Shown: positions 50,133 through 62,730, counted from the stretch's first letter. The stretch: 64,000 nt of DNA from Desulfatiglandales bacterium (GCA_963666345.1 OY762721.1:2400001-2464000); one strand, 5' to 3'. Notes: generated by a model not told the origin, from the letters alone. Numbers and translations: made by a program.

Positions 50133-51200
50133 ATGAATGACAATCGTTTTATTCAATTGCACTTACTTGTTTCTTACCCGCCATCTAACCCAAATCGAGA
50201 TGAACTTGGTCAACCCAAAACAGCTATTATGGGCGGAACACAGCGTTCCAGGATTTCTTCGCAAAGTTTGAAAAGAGCCTGGCGTACTTCGGAGATATGG
50301 AAAACTGAAGGCTTGGCTATTGGCACAAGAACAAGAGAGCTGTTTTTATCCAAAGATTATGGCTTATACAATAACTTGTTGGAAAAGCATGGCGAAAAAA
50401 AAGCCGAAGAATATGCAAAAGCAATATTGAATGTCTTTGCTAAAACGGCAAAAGTGAAACAGAAACCTGAAGCTCCGGTCGACGAAAAATTTGTTGGCAA
50501 AGAAATCGTCACCGAGCAGCCTATACACTTTTCTGATACTGAAATCAAAAAAATAAAATCACTTGTCGATAATCTCGACAAAGAAGTAAGTAAAGAGGAA
50601 TTGGAAAGCCTACTTGATGAGAGCCCAAGAGACATTGATCTTGCCATGTTCGGTAGAATGATCGCCAAACGCCCGGACAAAAATAGAGAAGCGGCGGTTC
50701 AAGTTGGACATGCCATTTCCATAAACGAAGTTGAAATCGAGGATGACTTTTTTACCGCTGTTGATGATTTAAATAAACATGGTTCAGCCCACATGGGCGA
50801 ACAGGAGTTTGTTTCAGCAATATATTATGTTTATCTCTGCATAGATACAAAATTGCTATTAAATAATCTAAGTAACGATATAGACCTTGCAAAAAAATCT
50901 CTTGAAGCCTTGGTAAATACTGCTGCTGTGGTTGCCCCTACAGGTAAGCAGAACAGCTATGCTCACCGAGCTCAAGCCTTTTATATTTTGGCGGAAAAGG
51001 GTGACGCGCAACCAAGAAATCTGTCCATAGCTTTCCTTAAAGCTATGCCGGCAGATGATCCGGTAAGGGCGATCGAGCAATTGAATGCTATCAAAGACAA
51101 GTTCAACACCGCTTACACGAAACCGAAAAGTGAAAAAGAAATGAATTTGTTTGGCGAGGGGACTCTAAAAGATATTCTTGATTTTGTTGGAGAAATCTAA
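50133..51200 (+). CDS. cas7: Type I-E Cas7/Cse4/CasC
   Basis: NRDELGQPKTA.MGG..RSRISSQSLKRAWR, DLAMFGRM, DDFFTAVDDL and PTGKQNSYA motifs. Confidence 0.95.
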   Translation: MNDNRFIQLHLLVSYPPSNPNRDELGQPKTAIMGGTQRSRISSQSLKRAWRTSEIWKTEGLAIGTRTRELFLSKDYGLYNNLLEKHGEKKAEEYAKAILNVFAKTAKVKQKPEAPVDEKFVGKEIVTEQPIHFSDTEIKKIKSLVDNLDKEVSKEELESLLDESPRDIDLAMFGRMIAKRPDKNREAAVQVGHAISINEVEIEDDFFTAVDDLNKHGSAHMGEQEFVSAIYYVYLCIDTKLLLNNLSNDIDLAKKSLEALVNTAAVVAPTGKQNSYAHRAQAFYILAEKGDAQPRNLSIAFLKAMPADDPVRAIEQLNAIKDKFNTAYTKPKSEKEMNLFGEGTLKDILDFVGEI

Positions 51201-51970
51201 TGAATGACTACCTAATATTCAGATTATATGGTGCTTTGGCATCTTGGGGGGATATAGCGGTGGGCGATATTCGTGCAAGTTACCGCTATCCGTCTAAATC
51301 GGCGGTCATTGGTTTGCTGGCTGCTGCCCTGGGTGTTGAACGGGATGCACATGACAAACAATCTGAGCTGGCCAAACTGATGCTGTCCGTCAGAATAGAT
51401 GCGATGGGCAGTCCAATTGAGGATTATCATACTGTGCAGACACCAAGTGAACAAGCGATTAAGTATGACCGAGCCAAGGAGTGCTGGACGCGTCTTGATG
51501 AAATTGAAGCGATTAAATGGCGTGTGATTCAGTCTCAAAGCAATGCCGAGGCTGGAGCCATCCAATCCAGACGGGCTTATTATTGTGATTCAGTTTACTC
51601 GGTTGCGCTATGCGAAAATATAAAAGATAAGATTTATTGGCAAACCCTTGAAATTTCTAAGCTGCAAGATATTGTTGCTTTTCTGAAAGAACCCCGATTT
51701 GTTTTGTACTTAGGAAGAAAATCATGTCCCTTAGGATTGCCGTTAGAACCACAGGTAATACCAGCAAAGAATTGCAGAGTTGCCTTCCAACAGGCAAAGT
51801 TCGGATTTCCCGGCGAATTGCAAATCATGCTCAAGGAGGCAACGAGCATTCAGTATTACACACAAGAAGATATTGAAAATAGCCAAATGAAACTTGCGCG
51901 GCGAGACCAGCCAGTCAACCGCACAACTTGGCAGTTTACCGAAAGGGATGAATACTATTTCAGCGAATGA
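51200..51970 (+). CDS. cas5: Type I-E Cas5/CasD
   Basis: LYGALASWG, PSKSAVIGLLAAALG, DYHTVQ and LYLGRKSCP motifs. Confidence 0.95.
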   Translation: MNDYLIFRLYGALASWGDIAVGDIRASYRYPSKSAVIGLLAAALGVERDAHDKQSELAKLMLSVRIDAMGSPIEDYHTVQTPSEQAIKYDRAKECWTRLDEIEAIKWRVIQSQSNAEAGAIQSRRAYYCDSVYSVALCENIKDKIYWQTLEISKLQDIVAFLKEPRFVLYLGRKSCPLGLPLEPQVIPAKNCRVAFQQAKFGFPGELQIMLKEATSIQYYTQEDIENSQMKLARRDQPVNRTTWQFTERDEYYFSE

Positions 51971-51979
51971 GGAAGGGTC

Positions 51980-52654
51980 ATGTATTTACACAAAATTACT
52001 ATCGACAGCGAAGCGTTAAGAAGAGACCGAAAAATATATCAAGATGTTTATTTGTTGCATAAAAAAATATGGGAGCTTGTCAGCCGGAATGAAAACCAGA
52101 AAAGAAATTTTTTATACCGGGTTGAATATGATGCTTATCAGAATATCAAACATATTTATCTACTTGCGCCAAATCAGATTTCATTTCAAAAAAATATAAA
52201 GATTGCGGTTTCACCAAGATACCAGCCTCAGATTGAAACGGGCGAATTCCTTTTTTTTAAGCTTAGAGCAAACCCTATTATCAAAAGAAAAGAAAACGGG
52301 AAAGCTAAGGAATACAGCCTTGTTATGGATGCCAAACATCAATTCAAGAAAAATGGAAAAAACTATCAGGAACGGTTTTATCTGGACGAGCTAATTTATG
52401 ATGTTGGTATGAAATGGCTTATCAGGAAAGGTGAGCAGCACGGATTTTCAGTCAAACAATTCGAAGTCAAAATCGATAATGACCGTGAATATCATGTCAC
52501 ACCCACGGGGAAAGGAAGCTTTATGATCAGAACACTGGATTTTGAGGGTGCCCTTACCGTTGTTGATCCAAGACTCTTTGTTGATGTGCTTTATAAAGGC
52601 GTTGGCTCTGCTAAAGCCTTCGGCTGCGGGCTGATGCTGGTGAGGCGAATATGA
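51980..52654 (+). CDS. cas6e: Type I-E Cas6/Cse3/CasE
   Basis: FLYR, FKLRANP and Gly-rich loop GVGSAKAFGCGLM. Confidence 0.95.
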   Translation: MYLHKITIDSEALRRDRKIYQDVYLLHKKIWELVSRNENQKRNFLYRVEYDAYQNIKHIYLLAPNQISFQKNIKIAVSPRYQPQIETGEFLFFKLRANPIIKRKENGKAKEYSLVMDAKHQFKKNGKNYQERFYLDELIYDVGMKWLIRKGEQHGFSVKQFEVKIDNDREYHVTPTGKGSFMIRTLDFEGALTVVDPRLFVDVLYKGVGSAKAFGCGLMLVRRI

Positions 52655-52682
52655 GGCCGGAAAACTGATAGGGAGAATTAGA

Positions 52683-53513
52683 ATGGAGACAGGGATAGCG
52701 GTTTTCAGAGGTAAGGAGATCAGGAAGACAATTCATAACGATAAGTGGTGGTTTTCCGTAGCTGATGTTGTAGAGATCTTGACCGATACTGTAAACAGTT
52801 CTGACTATATTAAAAAAATGCGTAAGCGTGACAGCGAGTTATCTAAAGGGTGGGGACAAATTGTCACCCCCCTTTTGTTGGAAACAACTGGTGGCAAGCA
52901 GAAAGTCAATTGCGCCAACACAGAGGGCATTTTCCGCATAATTCAGTCCATCCCATCCCCCAAGGCTGAGCCTTTCAAGCGGTGGCTGGCAAAGGTCGGT
53001 TATGAACGGGTGCAGGAGATAGGGGATCCCGAGCTGGCAACCAAAAGAACCCGTACTCTGTACAAGGCGAAAGGCTATTCGGACGACTGGATTGAGAAGC
53101 GGATGCGCGGCATCGCCATCAGGGAGGAGCTTACGGACGAGTGGAGAGAGAGGGAGGTAAGGCGCGAGAAGGAATATGCGATACTAACCGCCGAGATCGC
53201 AAAAGCGGCATTTGGTGTTACTCCCGCCGAACACAAAAAACTGAAAGGGCTGATTCGGGAAAACCTGAGGGACCACATGACAGACCTTGAATTGATCTTT
53301 TCCATGCTTGGAGAGGCGGCTACGACTGAGATAACGCGGGCTGATGATGCAAAGGGTTTTCAGGAAAGCAAGAGTGCTGCTCGCAAGGGAGGAGATGTTG
53401 CCGGCAAGGCGAGAGAAGATCTGGAGAAGAAGACCCGCAAGAAGGTTGTCTCTCCCGAGAATTATCTGGACATTCCTCAGAAAAGACGGAAGCAGTTGAA
53501 TGAAAAGGAGTAG
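52683..53513 (+). CDS. Bro-N domain (phage antirepressor-like) protein
   Basis: FRGKEIRK...WWFSVADVV, RIIQSIPSPKAEPFKRWLA and NLRDHMTDLEL motifs. Confidence 0.88.
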   Translation: METGIAVFRGKEIRKTIHNDKWWFSVADVVEILTDTVNSSDYIKKMRKRDSELSKGWGQIVTPLLLETTGGKQKVNCANTEGIFRIIQSIPSPKAEPFKRWLAKVGYERVQEIGDPELATKRTRTLYKAKGYSDDWIEKRMRGIAIREELTDEWREREVRREKEYAILTAEIAKAAFGVTPAEHKKLKGLIRENLRDHMTDLELIFSMLGEAATTEITRADDAKGFQESKSAARKGGDVAGKAREDLEKKTRKKVVSPENYLDIPQKRRKQLNEKE

Positions 53514-53519
53514 GACCCC

Positions 53520-54116
53520 ATGGTGGTCTATCCGGATGATAAACAAAGCGCAGGACCCCCACAACTCATTCCGCCACATGGCGGTTATCGCGATCTTCAA
53601 TCTTATCAGATGTCCGAGATTGTCTATGACGGCACGGTAGTGTTTTGCGACCGGTTTATTTCAAAGCGGTCGCGTACCCATGATCAGATGGTTCAGGCGG
53701 CGCGGAGCGGAAAGCAGAATATAGCGGAGGGCTGCATGGCTTCAGGCACGTCCAAAAAGACGGAGCTCAAGCTCGTTGGTGTTGCGAGGGCGAGCCTTGA
53801 GGAACTGCTGTTGGATTTTCAGGATTTTTTGCGACAGAAGGGATTGGCCCTTTGGGGAAAGGATCACCCAAAAGCCAGAAAAGTGCGCGGACTTTGCTAC
53901 AAGAAAGATAGGTCTTATAAGACTTATAGGCCCTATATTGAGGAAAGTTCTCCTGAAGTTGCTGCCAATACCATGGTCTGCCTGATCCACCAGACCAATT
54001 ACCTGCTTGATCAACAACTGCGGGTTTTAGAAAAGGACTTTTTAAAGGAGGGTGGTTTAACGGAAAGGATGTACCGCGCCCGTTCACGGGCCCGCGATTG
54101 GAACAGGAATAAATGA
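53520..54116 (+). CDS. Four-helix-bundle protein ('suffix domain' subtype)
   Basis: [40 protein letters not shown] and GGLTERM motifs. Confidence 0.85.
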   Translation: MVVYPDDKQSAGPPQLIPPHGGYRDLQSYQMSEIVYDGTVVFCDRFISKRSRTHDQMVQAARSGKQNIAEGCMASGTSKKTELKLVGVARASLEELLLDFQDFLRQKGLALWGKDHPKARKVRGLCYKKDRSYKTYRPYIEESSPEVAANTMVCLIHQTNYLLDQQLRVLEKDFLKEGGLTERMYRARSRARDWNRNK

Positions 54117-54217
54117 CCTATACAGAAGACGATCTTCTTCCCCTTTCGGGCTTACAGCATCTTCTTTTTTGCGAGCGGCAGTGCGCGTTGATAAATATTG
54201 AGTAGTTGTGACTGGAA
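54113..54217 (+). pseudogene. cas4: N-terminal remnant of cas4 (type I-C-like)
   Basis: ATGA-coupled [36 protein letters not shown]; matches the Cas4 N-terminus pattern (S.LQH..FC.RQ.ALI..EQ.W.EN) with two stops, then homology is lost. Confidence 0.8.
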
Positions 54218-54279
54218 TTCATGAAAGGTAGAGAAACATTAGAGATTGATAATCAGTCTTGTGAAGGAGAGTTGCCGTT

Positions 54280-55537
<1,258 letters not shown>

Positions 55538-55597
55538 TAATTCGGTAGAATTTTTTACTTCCAATACCTGATGTGAAATTAGCATGTTAGAAGAAGT
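55538..55597 (+). promoter_or_regulatory. CRISPR leader (proximal part)
   Basis: AT-rich stretch between cas2 and the first repeat; the degenerate repeat lies at the opposite end of the array. Confidence 0.65.
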
Positions 55598-56864
55598 GTG
55601 TTCCCCACATGCGTGGGGATGAACCGAGAGTTCAAACCGAGGCTAACGGTGAATTTAAGTGTTCCCCACATGCGTGGGGATGAACCGTTAGTTCTGGAAC
55701 TTCTGGTAGCAGTGGAAGTGTTCCCCACATGCGTGGGGATGAACCGTTGACAGAGCAGGAATGGCCCAGGTAGACATGGTGTTCCCCACATGCGTGGGGA
55801 TGAACCGATCACCCTGGAGGTCGAAGAGATATGACCAACGTGTTCCCCACATGCGTGGGGATGAACCGAAGCATGTCGTTTGCATGTTCTGCCTGCCTTA
55901 GTGTTCCCCACATGCGTGGGGATGAACCGGAGGTAGGACATGCTCCTGAACCCCCGCATAAGTGTTCCCCACATGCGTGGGGATGAACCGTAATCGGCAA
56001 CATACACGAACCATAAACCCGCGTGTTCCCCACATGCGTGGGGATGAACCGTTTGAACATCAAAATATTGCCCATCATCCAGTGTGTTCCCCACATGCGT
56101 GGGGATGAACCGAAGCCCCTTTGTGGTTCGTAATGTCTCTAATCGTGTTCCCCACATGCGTGGGGATGAACCGTCCCACTTCGGCTTTGTGAGGGGGACT
56201 GATACGTGTTCCCCACATGCGTGGGGATGAACCGTAATCTGCTATCTCCTGATACGACAATCCTTTGTGTTCCCCACATGCGTGGGGATGAACCGCCGGG
56301 ACCAAAGAGGGCGCCTGGCGTGCGCTAGTGTTCCCCACATGCGTGGGGATGAACCGGATTGATCTTGAGTTTTTTAATAGCCTCGTCAGTGTTCCCCACA
56401 TGCGTGGGGATGAACCGATGATGAACTGCCCCCTTGCACCCCTGAAGAAGTGTTCCCCACATGCGTGGGGATGAACCGCAATACATATCTTGATAAAACA
56501 TGCGGCCAGCGTGTTCCCCACATGCGTGGGGATGAACCGGATATCCCCTACTCAGTTTGGGGAGTTCTTTAGTGTTCCCCACATGCGTGGGGATGAACCG
56601 GTGTGGTGATAGACATGGGCCGGGTAAAGCTTGTGTTCCCCACATGCGTGGGGATGAACCGGGTATTCTCTGCCCTCGTCAGGGTCCTGCTCTGTGTTCC
56701 CCACATGCGTGGGGATGAACCGTCAGATGGAAAATGGGGAGGCAGTCGGGCCGGGTGTTCCCCACATGCGTGGGGATGAACCGCAGGCGTTACATAGATA
56801 TCTGTTCTCTCCCCGGTGTTCCCCACATGCGTGGGGATGAACCGAGTACTCCCACCCAGAAGGC
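55598..56864 (+). CRISPR. Type I-E array, leader-proximal part: 21 repeats GTGTTCCCCACATGCGTGGGGATGAACCG (29 bp)
   Basis: Repeats from 55598 to 56816-56844, 61-bp period, 32-bp spacers (spacer 2 is 30 bp); spacer 21 is interrupted after 20 nt. Confidence 0.99.
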
Positions 56865-56967
56865 TGTCAATAGGCGTTGAAAATTGACCCATCATCGGCG
56901 TCCAAAATTGACCCACCCCTGAGAAAAAAATATGGTTAAATAGTTGAGTAGTTGATCCCTTCTTTAT

Positions 56968-57699
56968 CTATGAAGCTGCGTGTTTCATTCTCCAGCTTTC
57001 GTTACCTGTTTCTATAATTTCACAATGATGAGTCAATCGATCAAGCATGGCCGTAGTCATCTTTTTATCTCCAAAGACTTGGGGCCATTCACCGAAGGTC
57101 AAGTTGGTGGTAATCACTATGGATGTCTGTTCGTAGAGTTTTGATATAAGATGAAAGAGCAGTTGACTGCCGTTTTTGGAAAAAGGCAGATAACCCAGTT
57201 CATCGAGGACCACAAGATCAAATCGAAGTAGTCTTGCTGTGATTTTGCCGGCCAATCCAATCATTTTTTCCTGCTCAAGCTCATTTGCCAGATCCACCAG
57301 GTTATAAAACTTGCACTTCCTGCCATTCCTTATGGCCTGGGCCGCTATAGTTATGGCTAAATGGGTTTTGCCCGTACCGGTGCCACCTACAAAAATCAGG
57401 TTGATATGTTCGGCTATAAAATCACCCTGATAAATAGACCTAATCTGGGCTTCATCAACACAGGCCCCGTTAAAATCAAAGCCATCGATATCTTTAAGGA
57501 CAGGAAACCTGGCCTGTCCCATACGATATCGGATACTCCTTATATATCTTTCGGCAGCTTCAGCCTTGAGCAGTTCCAGGATTACCTTTTCAGGAGTTGA
57601 ATGGGTCTTGCGTCCATTGGAGACAACTTCATCATAAATGGACTGCATACCCCGCAACTTTAGTTTTTCCATATGGTCCATGATATCATTGCGCAGCAT
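56968..57699 (-). CDS. istB: IS21 helper ATPase
   Basis: [28 protein letters not shown] and [10 protein letters not shown] motifs. Confidence 0.96.
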   Translation of the reverse strand: MLRNDIMDHMEKLKLRGMQSIYDEVVSNGRKTHSTPEKVILELLKAEAAERYIRSIRYRMGQARFPVLKDIDGFDFNGACVDEAQIRSIYQGDFIAEHINLIFVGGTGTGKTHLAITIAAQAIRNGRKCKFYNLVDLANELEQEKMIGLAGKITARLLRFDLVVLDELGYLPFSKNGSQLLFHLISKLYEQTSIVITTNLTFGEWPQVFGDKKMTTAMLDRLTHHCEIIETGNESWRMKHAAS

Positions 57700-59203
57700 G
57701 GTATCCCTCCCTTACCAAACGTTCATAGCGGTGGCAGTCTGCTATGGGCTCTTGCTTGAGAATCAGATGGGAGGGGATACCCAAATCAGGCGTGCAATCC
57801 TGATCCTGATCCCTGTTTAAAAGATTGAGAACCACCTCTTTACTTACGGCCCTGATCTCTAGGGCCTCCTTACAGGCTTTACTTACAGCCTCAAGTCCGT
57901 AGAAAGGGACAGCATTTAGAATGGCCACAAACTGACGGTCCCAGTCGGAAAAACGGTTTTGAAGCCCATTAAGGACGCCTTGCACAGGATGAGGAAGTTG
58001 CCAGTCTTTAAAGGGTGCTCCATTACGGAGAGCCCCGGGCTTACGTTCAAGGACCGGGACATAATGCCAGGGATTAAAAATAGTCTTGTTCTTTCCAAAA
58101 TGCCTATCATGCTCTCCTACGATACAACCGTTATTTACTATCACTATCCGATCGGCATATACTCTCATATAGACCGCTTTACCCACCTGGCTGCAATTAA
58201 CGCTGTATCGGTTCCGGTCATAGGTTACAAGTGAGCTGGGGGTAACCCTGGCTGGACGTTGTGCATATCCATCAAAGGGAGGTGGTAGATTTATCAGATA
58301 GGGTCTCTCTTCACTGTAGACCTGCCAAACCGTCTTATCAGATATTGTTGGATGCTTACGGGTCTTTGCCCAGGTGATGCATTGTTCTCTAAGCAGCTCG
58401 TTTAGGTGTGTGAAATCCCTGGCCTTGATTCGGGGAGTGAAAAATCTCCTTCTGACCACACCTACCTGGTTTTCCACCTGACCCTTTTCCCAGCCTGCAG
58501 CAGGGGTGCAGCTTACCGGTTCAAATAAATAATGGGAACACAGTTGGCTGAAGCGGCTGTTGAACTGTCTTTCCCTTCCTCCCAGGATCTTGTTAACCAC
58601 TGTTTTGAGATTGTCATATATGCCTTTACGGCAAACTCCTCCAAAAAACTCAAAGGCCCTGATATGGGCATCAAACACCATCTCCTGGGTCTCTCTGGGG
58701 TAGGCAATACAAAGGAAGTAGCGGCTGTGACATAACCTTATATGTGCGACCTTTGCCTTTACTCTGCTTCCGTCCAGATCTACCCACTCATGACTCCAGT
58801 CAAACTGAAAGGCTTCTGCAGGATCAAATACCAAAGGTATAAATACCTCCTTTGGCAAGCTCCTTTGATCCTGGTGCCATCTTTGAACATATCTCCTTAC
58901 GCTGTCATAGCCACCTTCGTAGCCGTTGAGTTGCAGCTCTTCAAAAAGTATCTGGGCTGTCCTGCGCAGTTTTCTGGGCAGTTTCTCATCTTCTTCCAGA
59001 AAGCCTTTCAGCATGTCTATAAACGGTCCTAGCTTGGGTCTCGGCTGGTTGCTTCGTTCGTACTGAAAAGATGTTTCTCCGCTCCTTATCGCCTTTTTTA
59101 CTGTATTTTTGCTAAGGCGCAGATCCTTCGCTGTCTGACGTATGGATTTGCCATCTCTGAGAACAGCTAATCGTATCTTACGGATTGTTTCCACTGTGAG
59201 CAT
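57686..59203 (-). CDS. istA: IS21 DDE transposase
   Basis: N-terminal [24 protein letters not shown] and [19 protein letters not shown] motifs. Confidence 0.96.
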   Translation of the reverse strand: MLTVETIRKIRLAVLRDGKSIRQTAKDLRLSKNTVKKAIRSGETSFQYERSNQPRPKLGPFIDMLKGFLEEDEKLPRKLRRTAQILFEELQLNGYEGGYDSVRRYVQRWHQDQRSLPKEVFIPLVFDPAEAFQFDWSHEWVDLDGSRVKAKVAHIRLCHSRYFLCIAYPRETQEMVFDAHIRAFEFFGGVCRKGIYDNLKTVVNKILGGRERQFNSRFSQLCSHYLFEPVSCTPAAGWEKGQVENQVGVVRRRFFTPRIKARDFTHLNELLREQCITWAKTRKHPTISDKTVWQVYSEERPYLINLPPPFDGYAQRPARVTPSSLVTYDRNRYSVNCSQVGKAVYMRVYADRIVIVNNGCIVGEHDRHFGKNKTIFNPWHYVPVLERKPGALRNGAPFKDWQLPHPVQGVLNGLQNRFSDWDRQFVAILNAVPFYGLEAVSKACKEALEIRAVSKEVVLNLLNRDQDQDCTPDLGIPSHLILKQEPIADCHRYERLVREGYHAAQ

Positions 59204-59317
59204 CCCTTTCCGCCTCCTTCTACCATAGTCACAGCAGAATAGAAGGCTTTCAGGGGTGGGTCAATTTTGGACGCCGATTCGCCCTATAGGTGGGTCATTT
59301 TTGCATGCCGATTCACA

Positions 59318-59547
59318 GAAGGCTATCAGTAGCGAGTGTTCCCCACATGCGTGGGGATGAACCGTGAGTGTATCGGTTATGGTGCAGACTTTATTGGTGT
59401 TCCCCACATGCGTGGGGATGAACCGACAGGAATGGTGCTAAGTGTAGCAAGTGATAGGTGTTCCCCACATGCGTGGGGATGAACCGAGGTACATTTTGTA
59501 CCCCAATAAGCGGGTTATTCGTAGTCCCGCATACGGGGGTCTGATCG
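59318..59547 (+). CRISPR. Type I-E array, distal part: 3 perfect repeats plus a degenerate terminal repeat
   Basis: Repeats at 59336, 59397 and 59458; degenerate GTAGTCCCGCATACGGGGGTCTGATCG at 59521-59547. Confidence 0.95.
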
Positions 59548-59611
59548 TGTAGTGTTGTTGAAGTTCAAAATGGATTTTTACTGCAAGCCTTGCTGAGTTC
59601 GAAAGCTTAAT

Positions 59612-59660
59612 AAAAAGGCCGGCCATCCTTTAGCTGGATGGTCGGCCTTTGTTTTTTTTG
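59612..59660. terminator. Bidirectional intrinsic terminator
   Basis: AAAAAGGCCGGCCATCC-TTTAGCT-GGATGGTCGGCCTTT followed by a T-run, between the array and a convergent gene. Confidence 0.8.
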
Positions 59661-59679
59661 TTTGATTATGGGCTTTACG

Positions 59680-60990
59680 TTATTCGGCCGGGACCTCAAA
59701 CCTGAATTCGGAAAACGGTTTCTGCTTCTCAGTTGGCCTTCTGTCATGGATCACCTTTACCCTGAATCGACCGGCATCAACGGTCAGACCCATTTCGACC
59801 AACTTATCGTCCGGGGAAAACTCATATTTCACGCTTTTACCGGGGTCAAGTTTGATTTTAGAGGATTCGCGCTTCGGTTTGTCGCGGGACCCCTTGCCCA
59901 GAGTCAGTCTCATCCACCCGGGCTTTTTCTTGGAGCCTTCTTCCGGATCACAGGTAATCTCCACAACCATCTTTTCATAAGGCTTGACGGTCCAGCTCTT
60001 GCCTGAGTGGCTTTTGATGTAATATTCCTGATAAGTTCCCAGCATCAGGGGCGGACGGCCCTCAAGCTTGACCTTGCCCCAGCCCTCGCCCTTTATGATC
60101 CCCATGACGATCTCATCCGCACCCAGTTCTTTGTCGAGGGCCACCTTTTTGGCCTCCTGAAAGCGCAATATGGGGGTGTCACCCACCGGGCGGCCGTCCT
60201 TTAAAAGTGCCGCGTACCACTCAAGCGCCTGTCCGCTCGGTCCGCTTTTGCTCACCTCGATCGTGACCTTGGCGTGCGGGCCGGGGAGCACATGAAATAT
60301 GGAGCCTGCTTCCATAGGACTGTTTACATCATCCTTGCGCGGCCGGTTTTTTTTGTATTCCTTGTACTTGGCCTTCATGGCGGGATCCGATTCCGTCTTT
60401 TTTTCGATCTCCTCACCGGAAGCGGATTTATACCCTTCAGGAATCTTGAACATATCGGCTTTGACCGGCGCTTCCCTGATATTGCGCAGTTCGGTGAATA
60501 TATCGTCCCTGCCTATTGCCTTAAGCTTTATGGTAAAATCCAGTTTCTGCGCCTTCCACAGGCCCATGATATCCGTCTCTTTATAATGGATGATCTGCCT
60601 TGCGCACTCATATCCAAGGACCTTTTCGGTACCGTCTTCCCTGATGGAGTACCGCTTCAGCATGGCCTTTACGCTCTGGAAGGGGTCGTTCATCTGGCTC
60701 ATGGGATGGTCGGAGGCCATCTCCATATACAGCTTGTACCTGGGGACCAGCACCCGGGTCTTATTGGCCCCCTGATCCACGATTACCACCACATCCGGCC
60801 CGGCAGGTTTTTTCAGATCCATACGGTAGAGGCCGTCTTTGACATAGATCCGTCCCGAATTTTCGTTAAGCTGCTCCTTTTGAAACAGATCCGCTGAAAA
60901 CTCACCTGCCCACACATACGCAACTCCAAAAATCAGACTCAAAGCCAAGACAATGCCCATCAATTTCATACGCCGTATTGCTGTATACAT
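59680..60990 (-). CDS. Exported protein with an N-terminal DUF4412-like domain
   Basis: Signal peptide; AGEFSAD, GRIYVKD..YRMD, GTEKVLGYEC and FKIPEGY motifs; unknown C-terminal region. Confidence 0.7.
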   Translation of the reverse strand: MYTAIRRMKLMGIVLALSLIFGVAYVWAGEFSADLFQKEQLNENSGRIYVKDGLYRMDLKKPAGPDVVVIVDQGANKTRVLVPRYKLYMEMASDHPMSQMNDPFQSVKAMLKRYSIREDGTEKVLGYECARQIIHYKETDIMGLWKAQKLDFTIKLKAIGRDDIFTELRNIREAPVKADMFKIPEGYKSASGEEIEKKTESDPAMKAKYKEYKKNRPRKDDVNSPMEAGSIFHVLPGPHAKVTIEVSKSGPSGQALEWYAALLKDGRPVGDTPILRFQEAKKVALDKELGADEIVMGIIKGEGWGKVKLEGRPPLMLGTYQEYYIKSHSGKSWTVKPYEKMVVEITCDPEEGSKKKPGWMRLTLGKGSRDKPKRESSKIKLDPGKSVKYEFSPDDKLVEMGLTVDAGRFRVKVIHDRRPTEKQKPFSEFRFEVPAE

Positions 60991-61410
60991 CGTTCCCCCT
61001 TTCGAATTGAACCTGAAGAATGAAAAATCGTTTTAGACAGTATCCCTATCAAGGGATAGGATTGAAAACAGATTTGCAGGCACTGGACAGCCGCTGAAGG
61101 TAACTAACGGTATATAGTAAGATTGCCGGTCCGGCGAAAGGTATCGCTCGAACGCATACAATACTCAAATACAGAATGAAGCCTGCAATGTCAACCTCAT
61201 CGCCTGAAATGGGCTATCATGCCTTGACGGGTCCGTGCCCGGGTGGTCTTATCAGCTTAAATCATGGAGCATAAGGAAGCGATAAAAAGAAAACTGTAAA
61301 AGAATTGATAAAGGCTATATAAAGCAGATCGTTAAATACATGACCTATCGGGTCCTTTAAACCTCTTCCACAACTGGGTTGGAGAAGAGCCATTATAATA
61401 AGGTGATTTC

Positions 61411-62577
61411 ATGTCCAAAACCGGTAATATCAGTAAAAAAGCGATCTTCGCCCTTTTCCTTGTCCATTTCTCGGGAGATCTATATCAATCCTTTATCTAT
61501 CCCCTGTTTCCCATAATCAGGGAAAATTTCGATCTCTCCCTCAGCCAGATAGGGCTTATCACCGCCGTGGTCACGCTTGTGTCTTTCGCAGCCCAGCCGA
61601 TTGTCGGAATCCTTGCGGAGCGTTTTCGACCCGGCCTGTTTATGGTAAGCGGTCTTCTGTTGAGTTGTGTTTTCATACCTCTGATGGGTGTGGTGCCATG
61701 GTTTGAGCTGCTAATCGTCATTACCGGTCTGGGTGCCCTGGGCTCTTCCATGTATCATCCAACCGCGGCGGGAATGGTACATAATTACGCGGGGGACCGG
61801 GTTGCTTTCAGCATGTCCGTGTTCGGGCTGGGCGGAACGATCGCATTTTCACTCGGTCCCCTTATCGTAACCGTATTCGTGGTTACCTTCGGCCTGTCGC
61901 GACTGCCCTTTATGGCTGTTTTCGGACTGGCCGCGGTTGCATGTCTTGTAATACTGAATCCGCTTCATCTTGAAAAATCACGAAAGCATGAAAGATCCTT
62001 CGCAACACTTCGAAAGAGTATGGCAGGGGCCTGGAAAGGCATCCTTCTTCTCTGCGCGCTGGCCTCCATGAGGTCGCTTTTAGATACAACTTTTCGAAGT
62101 TTTTATCCTATACTGTATTCACAGGAAGGGCATGGCCTGGTATCGGTCGGCCTTGTACTTTCCATTTTTGTGCTCGGAGGATCGCTCAGTTCGATTGTAT
62201 TCGGCCATTTAGCCGATGGGAAGGGTTACCGGTTCATATTCTACATCTCTTTCGGCCTGTCCACGCCATGCCTGATCTGGCTGATCAACTCCCATGGGTG
62301 GGCGGTTTATGCCGCTTCATTCATGTCCGGATTTTTTCTTCTTGCGACAATGTTCCCCACGGTCGCGCTGGCGAACCAGCTCGTTCCCGAGGGAAAATCC
62401 CTGGTCTCGAGCCTGACAATGGGACTGGCCAGCGGAATAGGTGGAATCCTTGCCCCGCTGATCGGAAAACTGGCCGGGGATTTCGGGATTCGCACGGTGA
62501 TCGCGGTAGTTTTTTTAATTCCGCTGCTTTGCCTTGCGGTGGTCCACCGGATTCCCGACTACAGGGCAAAGTCGTAA
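61411..62577 (+). CDS. MFS transporter (Fsr-like)
   Basis: HF..DLY, QPIVGILAER, GSSMYHP and GHLADGKG motifs; about 12 TM segments. Confidence 0.88.
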   Translation: MSKTGNISKKAIFALFLVHFSGDLYQSFIYPLFPIIRENFDLSLSQIGLITAVVTLVSFAAQPIVGILAERFRPGLFMVSGLLLSCVFIPLMGVVPWFELLIVITGLGALGSSMYHPTAAGMVHNYAGDRVAFSMSVFGLGGTIAFSLGPLIVTVFVVTFGLSRLPFMAVFGLAAVACLVILNPLHLEKSRKHERSFATLRKSMAGAWKGILLLCALASMRSLLDTTFRSFYPILYSQEGHGLVSVGLVLSIFVLGGSLSSIVFGHLADGKGYRFIFYISFGLSTPCLIWLINSHGWAVYAASFMSGFFLLATMFPTVALANQLVPEGKSLVSSLTMGLASGIGGILAPLIGKLAGDFGIRTVIAVVFLIPLLCLAVVHRIPDYRAKS

Positions 62578-62730
62578 AGAAGGAACCTTTTATATCCTGA
62601 ATCGATAGGTTCCATGGGGCGGCCGGGTGTGCTGCGGATACGACAGCTGTCAGCAAAGCCCTTTCCAGGTTCAGAAAAGGTTCCACTTGCATGCCTATGA
62701 CGGGAGCAATGGATCGGGACCGGAAGCGGG

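Larger units (their letters stand above)
56865..59317 (-). mobile_element. IS21-family insertion sequence inside CRISPR spacer 21
   Basis: TG...CA ends, imperfect 27-bp IRs (TGTCAATAGGCGTTGAAAATTGACCCA / reverse complement TGTGAATCGGCATGCAAAAATGACCCA), repeated AAATTGACCCA sites, 6-bp direct repeat GAAGGC at 56859-56864 and 59318-59323. Confidence 0.96.

Noticed and set aside
38679..53513. Prophage, suggested by ORF6N/Bro-N/XRE genes
   Set aside because: No integrase, replication, packaging or structural genes are present.
53520..54116. Diversity-generating retroelement (Avd-like four-helix protein)
   Set aside because: No reverse transcriptase or TR/VR repeat pair seen in the window.
55579..56916. 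Minus-strand ORFs (MWGT.../[10 protein letters not shown] repeats)
   Set aside because: Translations of CRISPR repeats.
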